In this document: positions 1 to 10,800 of the stretch, one piece after another
Layout: every line of letters begins with the position of its first letter
Numbering within the stretch: the stretch's first letter is position 1
Assembly: GCA_965112155.1 (NCBI GenBank)
Contig: OZ218103.1
Direction: 5' to 3' (one strand)
DNA: 64,000 nt
Origin: Podarcis liolepis
Lineage: Eukaryota
Notes under the pieces: generated by a model
Database searches by the model: none
Told to the model about the DNA's origin: nothing
Seen by the model: the letters and a program-made list of their open reading frames with translations, nothing else
Made by a program: the position numbers and the translations under genes

Positions 1-1086
1 ATAATATGTTTCTTCCCAGAGCTATCCCATCAAAAAACCACTACTGGAAAAGTACAGTCTACTCTTGCCTTCTGAGAGCATGTCTTTGCTACCTGTGCAG
101 AATGTGGCCCTTCTTGTGGAAATGAGAGGAGTAAACTACTGTTTAAAAATGTGCACAATATAGAAATAAGACTCATCTTCCTAAATTACACTTGGGGAGT
201 ATCTGAGGTAGATTGCCTTGTTCATGTAAAGGACAGCTTGTATTGGGAAGGTAGATAGCTCCTTTCTCTTTGCAGTATTTGATAGTGGAAGTAACTGGAA
301 ACTTCTAATTTCCTTTCCCTGGTGGTTTTATAAAGTGGAACACAGTACATAGAAGGAGTCATGCTGTATTCTCTCTTATCCAAATGTAATGGTGTTAGAA
401 GGAAACCAGCTTCTCTACCAGCCTTGTTGGCCATTTTTTTCAGTGGATGGTGTCCAGTGGTGACTATCAGCTCTTGAAAGGTTGTTTTTAATTATTTCTG
501 CTCCCCCAACCTTCTGGAGCAGATTTAGATGGTGTGTGGGGTACCTTAGGGGGAATGGGAGATTAATAAAACTTTTCTCTCCCTTCCATTGACAGATTCC
601 CTTTTGTCTGCTGACAGCCTCCACTGGATACCACCCAAAGTGAAAATTTAAATACCCTGAATAATACTATTGCAGGCTCCCTGACTTGCTTTTATTAGAG
701 AAAAACCCCTGTTTGTTCATATCTTAAGACTGCAAGCCACAATAATAGGTTGACGGTGTTGTATGAAAAGTTAATAATGTCATAGGTCAGTGGGATAAGA
801 AAGAGGATTTACTCTCAAAAAAGGATGTTTTTTTTACAAAACCTCACAGTAAGTTACTTTTCAGAACCTTTTTAATTCCTTTGTAGTAGTTTACTTGAGG
901 AAATATGCGTTAATATTTCATTAAAGCCTTTTGACCCTTTGCTGTACTAACTTAACTGCAAGGCAGCCTGAAACTCATGGTCTTACAACCACAGCAGGCA
1001 ACAAAAAACTGGCTGGACAGTCTCCTTTTTATTAAATGTTATCTTGGTGGGAAGATGTTAACTTAGCTTTTTGTTGCTTGTCCTAG

Positions 1087-1159
1087 GTGTTGAGGAATGT
1101 TCTGCCGTCTCCTGTCACCCTCAAGAATTTACAAGAGACTTTGTTCTGTCAGCCATTGG
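1087..1159 (+). other. RBM39: Candidate RBM39 poison (NMD) cassette exon in the intron upstream of the RS exon
   Basis: gttaac branch-like site, pyrimidine tract and ctag acceptor (1086); TGG|gtgaac donor; 73 nt; in phase 2 it reads xxG TGT TGA. Confidence 0.55.
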
Positions 1160-1461
1160 GTGAACAGGGAAAAAGTGCTAAACGTTTTTGTTTTTTTAAT
1201 GTAGTTTTATGTAGCCTCACTGATCTCATGGGCTAAATCTGGGATGGGGAACCTGTGGCCCTTCAGATGTTGCTGGACTACACCTTCCATCCCTGACAAT
1301 AGGCCATGCCAAGAGGGTAAGAGGTTCCCCATCCCTGAGCTAAACTTTTATGGACATGGACAATTTCATGAAGGTTTTTTCCTGTCTGGGTGCATTAAAA
1401 GGTGTAGACTTCATACCCTGTTGGTTTGTTCAGGGCTTTAAAATCCTGACTTTTTGCTTAA

Positions 1462-1823
1462 AAAGGTAAGGTACCCCTGCCCGTATGGGCCAGTCGTGTC
1501 CGACTCTAGGGTTGTGCGCCCATCTCACTTAAGAGGCTGGGGGCCAGCGCTGTCCGGAGACACTTCCGGGTCACGTGGTCAGCGTGATGAAGCTGCTCTG
1601 GCGAGCCGGCACCAGCGCAGCACACGGAAACACCGTTTACCTTCCTGCTAGAAAGCGGTACCTATTTATCTACTTGCACTTAAGGGTGCTTTCGAACTGC
1701 TAGGTGGGCAGGAGCTGGGACCGAAAGATGGGAGCTCACCCCACCGCGGGGATTCGAACCGCCAACCATGCGATCGGCAAGCCCTAGGCGCTGGGGTTTT
1801 ACCCACAGCGCCACCCGGGTCCC
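1462..1823 (-). mobile_element. Sauria SINE (Squam1), full length
   Basis: Minus-strand head GGGACCCGGGTGGCGCTGTGGG with a GGTTCGAATCC B-box and ACCTT tail; 14-bp TSD GACTTTTTGCTTAA (1448-1461 / 1826-1839). Confidence 0.9.
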
Positions 1824-1960
1824 CAGACTTTTTGCTTAATTCATAGCTAAAAAGGCCCAAAATGATGGGAAATGATCTACAATATAACAAAGTGATTAGT
1901 GAAAGCATTATGCCCAAAAAAGTTTATTTAAATTAATTTAAGAGAATTTCTTGCCCACAT

Positions 1961-2193
1961 AGCAGTTCGAACGCATGCAGTGCAAGTAGATAAATAGGTA
2001 ACGCACCAGCAGGAAGGTAAACGCCGTTTCCGTGCGCTTCTCTGGTTCACCCAAACCGGCTTAGTCATGCTGGCCACATGACCCGGAAGCTGTCTGTGGA
2101 CAAATGCCAGCTCCCTCTGCCTATAGAGCAAGATGAGCGCACAACCCCAGAGTTGTCTGCGACTGGACCTAACAGTCACGGGTAACTTTACCT
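1961..2193 (+). mobile_element. Sauria SINE, 5'-truncated
   Basis: Reverse complement of about 1465-1701 (AGCAGTTCGAA...GGAAGGTAAAC...TTTACCT). Confidence 0.85.
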
Positions 2194-3611
2194 AACATAC
2201 AACATTAAAATCCTCTATTAAAAACAGGTTATTTAAACATTCAGAGATTATTAAAGCCAGCAGTAGCCAAAAGACAGAAATCTCATGTAGATTCTACATT
2301 TATGTATAGAGTTGTCTAAACAGAAATGCTTTAAGCAATCACAGGAATACAACGAAGGAACCTGTCAGGCCTGGAGTTCCAAACTGTAGGTGCTGCCACT
2401 AAAAGATTGATTACTACAAGTGTGGAATGAGCAGATTGAAGCAATTGAGTGGGTATATATGGGGTAAGATCCTAAAAGTGAAGAATGGATGGTGCAAAAC
2501 ATTCAATATGCATAAAACAACACAGATTTTGTTTATATCAAAACCTCAGTTGCCTATAATGTTCTGATGAACAGTTAGCCATTTACCATATGCAAAAAGG
2601 ATACATTTTAGTATAAACTAAGCAAAAACTAACTGCAACAAATACAATTTGGATTAAGGTTAATTTTCTGGGCGGGTGACTAATAAACATGTTATTTACC
2701 TATTGATACCAGGGTTTCAGTTTCTTGCAGATGTCTGCTGTAATTTAACTTGAAGCAAAATAGAATAGTAGCAAATGCACAAGCTTTTACAGTCATGATG
2801 ACTGCATGTATTTTATTAGGAAAACAGCATTATTTGGTTTATGTAGGGTGGAAAAAGTTCCAGAGCTTTTCTTTCATTATGGATATCAATTGCAAATACA
2901 ATGTTAGGTATGCTTGGCAGTTTCAGAATTTTTGCCTTTTGTTTACTAAGTACAAGTAAAATAAACATGATTAGATGACTCTCTAGGGCAGGTGCTGAGG
3001 AACCTTTTTGGCTCTGTGAGCTAGATTTTTATCAGGAACCACCAACCCATCAACCACCTGATGTCACAATGATGCAAAGTGCTTTAAAGTCCCAAAGGTG
3101 CAGCTAAAATTAAAAAGCATTTTCCTACATTCTGGAAAGGCTAAACCCCAGGAAGCGGCTTCTGCTAAAACAAATCCCCCGCTCTGTTTTATCAGGGAGT
3201 TCCATGCAAAACCCTTCCAGAATCAGGAATTCCCCCCCCCCCCCCACTTTTCGGCTCACAAGTAGGGGGTTAAATCTTGCTGCTTTGGCTGTAGATTCAT
3301 TCCTTGCTCGAACAGGAATGTGTTAAGTCAACCCCATCCTCAAGCCCATTAGATGACATCACAACTATTGTTAGCTGATAGGCAGGCAGTGTGGTTTCAG
3401 GAAAATGACCTCATGGACCAACTTGAACCTCCTGACAGGACAGGATTGGCCTACAGGCTAGATTGTCCACCACCCATGCTCCTGGGCATAAAAAAATTTT
3501 CTGGTACAAATGGAAAATTAACCTATGCATATTACCCTAGTTTTCCAGAAAACCTTTGTCTCTGTGTGCACTACTGCTTACGTTAAATACATTAATAATT
3601 TGTTGCAATTT

Positions 3612-3805
3612 AGAACACCTTATTCTCGAAGGAGCTCAAGATGGTGTACATAGCGCTCTCCCACCTCATTTATTCCCCACAACAACCCTGTGAGGTAGGT
3701 TGAGCTAAGAGGCAGTGACTGGCCTATGGTCACCCAGTAAGCTTCATAGCCAAGTGGCCATTCAAGTTTCAGGTCCTAGTCTAATACTCTTACACCACAC
3801 TAACT
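3612..3805 (-). mobile_element. Old tRNA-derived SINE (Squam3/MIR-like)
   Basis: CACAACAACCCTGTGAGGTAGG...GTGACTGGCC..GGTCACCCAG core; similar decayed copies at about 30590-30720 and 62870-63030. Confidence 0.55.
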
Positions 3806-3902
3806 CTCAAGCTTACAAGTCCAATGGAAAGTGTGTAATTTGATACACACACACTCCTGCAGAAATAATAAAAAAGCAAATCCTCCAAAGTGGTGATCAT
3901 AC

Positions 3903-4057
3903 TCATAGAATCAAAGAATTGTAGAAGGGACCCTGAGTCATCTAGTCCAACCGTCTGCAATGCAGGAATTTCAACAGGTGGTCCTCCATCTAATTTGAAA
4001 CCATATTGGACCCAGCTTAGCTTTGCAAATGTGCTAGCAGTTTTATTGCTGCACCAG
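3903..4057 (-). mobile_element. 5S rRNA-headed SINE remnant with CR1-type tail
   Basis: Minus strand AAGCTAAGCTGGGTC-N5-TGGTT-N5-TTAGATGGAGGACCACCTG is collinear with the 5S internal control region, followed by GGTTGGACTAGATGA...ATTCTATG. Confidence 0.6.
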
Positions 4058-7000
4058 TTTGGTTAGGAATTGTTGGTTAGAAGGAACATACCTTTTTACC
4101 AGTTTGGCTGTTTCATTATAGTAGCCTGATTATGTATGTATGTACATATGTACTGTGTTGCGGAGCATTTTGTATTACTGGCATGCTGTTAAGAAATGAA
4201 GATGATTAGAAGCCTATATTAGGCATGACTGGTGCCCATTTATTACATTTTTCTTTATATTCAGTTTGGGGCAGCATGCTCCACGTGAAGTGGTTTTATT
4301 TTATTTTATTACATTCTTCATAGTTAATCTTTAGGATGCACTATCACTGACCTCCCATGCACAGCATGAAAGTGATTTTTTGTCTGTAGTTCCAAGCATT
4401 AATTTTTTCTCATATAGTGTATAAGGTTTTCTGAAGTGCTTCTCATGATTCGAAAGAAGCTCTTCCACTTGATTGGTCTTTGCTGTTCCCAAGCTATTAA
4501 AATATTTGGCAATGAGCAGTCTGCTCAGTAATACTTTCTTATTCAACTTGTACACGCACAACAGCGGTTTAGTTTTACATGTATGAATAGAAATGAGCCT
4601 GAGTAAAGCTTTGAGGTCTCTTGTTCCTCTGCTTCCATGCAGTTGGGAGAAAGATTTCCTCAGTGTTTTGGTTCACTTTCCATAATTTCTGACTTCTTAT
4701 GTATGAACCAGAGATCATGATATAAAACAATCTCTAGTCAGGTTTCTGAGCGAGCTAATTTCAAACCATGGGTTATGAAGCTGGCTCATTTTAAATCACT
4801 CTTGCCTAGAACGGGAGTTTGTGAACCTGAAGCTTTTCTCATGCTTATCCCATGTAGCACTAAGCTATATTTTAGTGCTGCATAAAAACCACCCCACTTT
4901 TAATGCTATTGCTAGTATGCCAGTCTCTCAAAGTTCCAACAGGTGATTTGCGGGTTGGTTTGCACATTTGCTGCAACCATAAGCCTATCTATATACTCAA
5001 CAAATTGTTGGATGAAAATCATGTTCTTGAGCTGCAACTTGTAACTGTGGCAATGTGCTGCCACAAGGAAGAAAGACAATTTAAGAAAGCCCTTATCTTT
5101 TCTTTACAGAACTTCATTCCTGTAGTGTAGGCAGTACTGGGGTGAAATCTTTTGTTACGAGAGTAAGTTGCAGCTTTCTCCTGATGGCATATGCAAGCAT
5201 CCATTATGCATTCTTAATGTGACAGATTTATTAGAAATTTAAATTATTTGACTTGTGGTAGAAAGGAGTTGAAACCCTAATTTTAAACTTAGGTAAATTT
5301 CACATGCTATGTTTTATATTTTTATGGAGAAACAATTGGTCACACTTGTTATTTAATAATGATATGAACATTAATTGTAGGTCCAAGTTTGAACTTCAGT
5401 GTCTTCTCAGTTTCTTTTTATTCCTGCAGTAGGAAAATTCTTAAAGTTCCCATAACTTGCCACATTCATGTTCGGTACATAACTGAAGGCGAACTAGAAA
5501 AAAACCACATATTATAATTAACAGGCAGCCTTAAGTTACTGGGCTTGTAGGTTCCAGGTATATGAAAATGTACATGTTGCAATAATTCCTTACATAGGTA
5601 TTAGGTCTCAAATCTATACATTTTCTTTGGGAAGGGGGATATTGGCAATATTTCATCTGGTTATTGCTGTATTGACAGTTTTTGTCATCTGGGAATCAAA
5701 GAAGAATTGCTTTCTATAAGGATGTTTCTTGACGATATCTGACTGCAAAGAGGAATACCATCCATAATATCTCACTAATATCATGCTAGGTAAACTCCTT
5801 AGGTTTGAGTTGATTATTTAGCCTATGGATTTCTTGAATTTTAATTGACAAATCACAGTAGAAACAAATGGTCCTCCTTGTGATTACAAACCAAGGCCCT
5901 GGTTTTTGCTCACTGAAGCGATCTGATTTATAACTTGCTTGTCTTCCTGTGTACAGGGTAGAAACATAACTGATACAAGTAGTACTATGAATTTGTTCAA
6001 TCTCTTTGTTTAGAATAGAATTTGAGTGAGATCTTAACTCTTGAATTAATTCCAGTTGTCCAGTTTAGTGACCTTACTCCTGCACAAGGTTGAATACTCT
6101 GGATGCAATAAACCTTGTGAAATGAAAAGTGCAGATTATAGGCAGGTGTTGTTAGCTTAAACAACTTTTAAGAAATACAGTACTCTTGTTAGGATATTAC
6201 AGCTTAAGTAAAAAATAAATGCACCACTCTAATAAACCAGGGTCAACAAATAGAGTTTTGTGAACACTTATGCTCTAAATCCTTTAAAGGAGAGGCACAG
6301 GAGGGAGTACCTCTGGATTTTTTGCAATAGAACTGCAACAGTTTCTGACTCCAACTGTTTACCAGCAAACCAAAAGGGCTCCCCATATTATGCTACTGAA
6401 AAAAAGTAATTAAGGGGAATTAAGGATGAATTTTAATGTGAAAGGATTGTGAGCTCAGTTCTGCTACTAAAAATATCTTCCTGTTCTGAGACGTGTACTT
6501 AGAGGCAACCAGTTCCTTCGTTCTTGGTACATGTCTGCCTCTTTACAGTGGAAACATTATTTGTCCCTGGTTTTAAGCATGGAGAAACCCTAATATAGAC
6601 TAATTATGTCTTTTGGGGTAATGCAGTATGTATATGTTCTTACTTTTGAACCTGTCTTTGGGTCCCTATGTTACTTCTGTAGGTTTTCCCCCTCTTAAAA
6701 ATACTTTGCATTTCTGTTATAACCAGCAAATGGTTTAGAATATATAACTCTTAAGGGGCTAAATCATTGACTTGGATCCAGATAAACGAGGGGAAGAAGA
6801 CAATGTACGTGTGCTGTTTGAATTTTCTTGCAAGTGATAGTAAAATATATCTCACAAGCCAGCAGCACAAGGTAGCATACTGTGTCTACAGTATGAGAGA
6901 AATAGTGAATAAGGAAGCTATAGGATAAACTAGTGGGCCGTAATAACGTCTTGAAAATAGCTTATGCAAACAGAAGCAATTCTTTGGATTTGGGGTTGCT

Positions 7001-7670
7001 TTTCTCATGCAATGCTCTTCCGCTAGGTCGGAAACAGCCCTTCTGTGAGTGGAAGAGGCTTTCCGCTAGCAGAAGGGCACCTGGGATCCAAGCTACTTGC
7101 TCCAATGGGACTTATTCCTTCTCCATTTGGAACATATCTAGCGTGAGCAGGCAGTAGAGTGGAAAGAGAGTCTCATTAAATGAACAGTTCAGAATCAACT
7201 ATGAACCTGACATTTCTGCAAAGGAACTTGGTAGGTATAGTTATCTGCAGTTTAAACATTTTTGTGTCTTCTGTTTGATAAAATATTCCTCCTCCTAGGA
7301 GGGAGGTAGATATTTTAAAGAGTGAGGTACCCGTATGTTTATCCTGGTTGTGAGGGTATGCTTGTGAATGTGTGCTGTCATCTTGAAGGCTTGTATATAC
7401 CCAGTGCTTTGCTTTTAACTATTGTATAAATGGTTTAGAGAGAATTAAAATAAATTATGTAATTTGATTAAAGAATGATTTCATTATTTAAAAAATAATG
7501 TACATTATAAAGAAAATTTGCATTCATGCTGCAGTTGCCATAACTTACTTGATGGGGATTTTTAAAACTTGCCTACCTACCCAATTCATAGTCTAACTTT
7601 TAAGTGGATCTTATTATTTGCTGCTTTTGAAAAAAAAGACACCTAAACTTGTGTTGTTTGTCCTGTTCAG

Positions 7671-7865
7671 GAGAAAAAAGAGCAAGAGCAGAAGTCGTAG
7701 CCATGACAGGAAGAGGAGTAGAAGTAAGGAGCGCAAACGAAGTCGTGATCGTGAGAGGAAGAAGAGCAAAAGTCGAGAGAGGAAGCGCAGTAGAAGTAAA
7801 GAACGGAGACGCAGCCGTTCAAGAAGTAGAGAACGGCGATTCAGAGGCCGCTACAGAAGCCCCTA
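7671..7865 (+). CDS. RBM39: RBM39 exon (human exon 4 equivalent), RS domain
   Basis: ttcag|G AGA AAA AAG AGC...CCC TA|gtatgt; 195 nt; RKKSKSRSRSHDRKRSRS...RYRSP. Confidence 0.95.
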
Positions 7866-10800
7866 GTATGTTGCGCAAAATTGTCATTTTAGTTCTAATA
7901 TTTCATTGCTGAATAAGCAGGAAATCTAATAAAAGTATAAGTTTTATTTTTTTAAAAAAGGCAAACTAACCTTTTAATATAGCTGCATAAGCCTCAATTT
8001 TAAGATGTATACATTTCTGTACCTTGGCTTAGGTTTTTCAAAATACTTTTAAGCAGACAACTTAAGAGAAATCTGCTTCCAGTATCGTGGGATCTGAAAT
8101 CACAGTATGACTGTGGCAGTGACACAATTTTCTTTTGCAGTATCGGAGAGGGTTATCACTGTAATGGTGGAATAACAACATTTGGTTCATACATAATGCC
8201 TTATATCCTTGCCATACAGGGGGAGGATAAGACAGACCATGCAAGCCTGAGACTTTGCTTGCGCGCCTTCTTGTTCATATATATATGTTGCACTAAATCA
8301 TCTGAGAACTAGCCCAGACTTTCTCATAATGTCAAAATGATATCTCAGGTTAATTTTGGATATGCTTCACATATCTGCCTTACTGCATCCCACTTGCTTT
8401 CTAATATACTTGTAAGTGAACACCAGTTAGCATTTAGTTTCAAGATTGTTCCTGCCAATAATGAACTTGCTTAGTAATATATTGTCTTGTCTTTTTTTTA
8501 AATCTAGTTCTGGTCCAAAATTTAACAGTGCCATCAGAGGAAAGATTGGCTTGCCTCACAACATTAAAATAAGGTTACCTTCTCTTATTTTATGGTGACT
8601 ATTTAATTATCTATTTTGATGTATTTAATACCTTCATAATTGGTTGTATCCTTTTTTCCACAGTAGACGACGATCTAGGAGCAAAAGTCCATTTAGAAAA
8701 GACAAGAGTCCTGTGAGGTAGGCAGTTGAATACTACTATTTAAATTGACTGTGCAGTGTTGAATATTATATGAGGTGTCTCAGTTGCTTTCTGTGCAAAT
8801 CTCATTCTCACCTTTCAGCTTCCAGAACATGCTCTCTGTGCATGTTTAGTGTGCTGCCTCTGCAAGCCAAGGTTATTGTTAGTATTTTAATTTGGCATGA
8901 GTAGCATAGAGTGCACCTATTTTGATTGATTGTGGCAGTTCTGAAGTGTTGTGGATGTTGGTAGCACTACAGAATTTGATGTTCTTTTATTACTGGTAGT
9001 ACGACCTTTTGCTTTCTCTGGCCATTAATAGGAACGTCCTTTGAAAGGCATCTGTGATACACCTCTGTGTGAACGTGACTTATGCATTTGACATTAATGA
9101 GCTATAAGTAAAGGTAAAGGGACCCATGACCATTAGGTCCAGTCGTGGCCGACTCTGGGGTTGCGGCGCTCATCTCGCTTTATTGGCTGAGGGAGCCGGC
9201 GTACAGCTTCTGGGTCATGTGGCCAGCATGACTAAGCCGCTTCTGGCAAACTAGAGCACCGCACGGAAACGCCATTTACCTTCCCGCCGGAGCGGTACCT
9301 ATTTTAATGTGCTTTCGAACTGCTAGGTTGGCAGGAGCAGGGACCAAGCAATGGGAGCTCACCCCGTCATGGGGATTCAAACCGCCAACCTTCTGATCAG
9401 CAAGTCCTAGGCTCTGTGGTTTAACCCACAGCGCCACCCGCATCCCGAGCTATAGTAGATTATTGTAAAATTTTCACAGATGGAGCAGCAAGAGATATTG
9501 TGCTCCTTTCAGCTGTTCTCCATACCACACTGTTGTGTCTCAGGTCTGTGGGAACAACCTCTGCTGAAGGAAGGAACTATCTGGTCTGAGTAGAGGCGCT
9601 GGAATGTCTCCCTAAGTTAGGCTCTATGGAACCATTGGGTAAGATGACCCAAATGGCAGCTAAGCTGCAGGAGCTTGGGTTGCAGTTATGGCCTACAGAT
9701 ATTATTCTTAAATCGCAGTTTCATGGACCCAATGGGCAAATGTCATGTTAGCCTCAGCTGCCTGCTCCTCCATTTTTTGAAAAGCCATCCTTCACTGCTT
9801 AATTCAGTACTTGCGGCAGGCAATTAGGGTCATTCCCCATCAGGCCAGGCTGAAAGAAAACAAGCATTGGGCTGTTTTCTTGCATTCATCCTAGCTACTA
9901 TCTTTGGGCTCCTGTGAGCTTAAGCTTGTTAATTCATCTCTCCTGCCAAAATTTACTAGCGGCACCCATGTATAGATCTCGGCCCCTGTGTGTTCTTGTC
10001 TGGCCTATCCACATATAGGGGACTTGCTTTGAAAATAGGGGGATTGATTGAATTAAAGAGTGATCACAATGTCAGGCATAGATTAGCAGTCTTGTAACTG
10101 GAGTCATGGTCACTTTGCGAACAGAGTGCTGTTAGGTTTAGACCTTACTCCCATTCTTGCCATAGTACGCAAAATGTGGACATTTTGCAAGGGTAAGGTG
10201 TAAATAATGTTTGGAGGGAGATTGAAACATTTGTAATATTGCCTTTCAGTTGCAAAGTATATGATAATGCATTTTTGTGTGTAAAAAGTGCTATTCTGCT
10301 TAAGCTTGATAAATACAGTGATATGCCTTCATTTTTTCTATGCATCATTGCATTTCTCTTGCTGCCCAGTGCTATACTGATTACTGCCTTTGTATGGATA
10401 GAATATCGAAAGACATAAATTTGTAAAATGGCTGAATACGTTCTTTCATTTCAGACATACACAACTATTAAAGTACGTTGAGGTTAAAAGCATTTCCTTT
10501 CTAATGCTGGGATTAGGTAAGGTGTACGTACTTAGAAGTATGTCCATTAAATTAACAGATTTTTCCAGGCATACTTGTAGAATCGGGGTGCAAGACCTCT
10601 AAAACATCCTTTGTTAACCCCGAGCACCTTCTCCCAACCCTATTTTGTCTTTTTCATCTACGTTACACATTCTTGTATATTGGGGTAGGAATATACATTA
10701 CACAGGAAAGAGCCCTTTTCTGAGGGCAATACCTTTTTTTGCACTATAAATAATGAATTCTGAGATATTGAGACATTGACACATCTCATTAAAGGGGACT

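Noticed and set aside
7027-7230. Possible extra RBM39 cassette exon (ctag|GTCGG ... TTG|gtaggt)
   Set aside because: Splice sites are plausible, but part of the interior resembles a dispersed GGATCC fold-back repeat and there is no independent support
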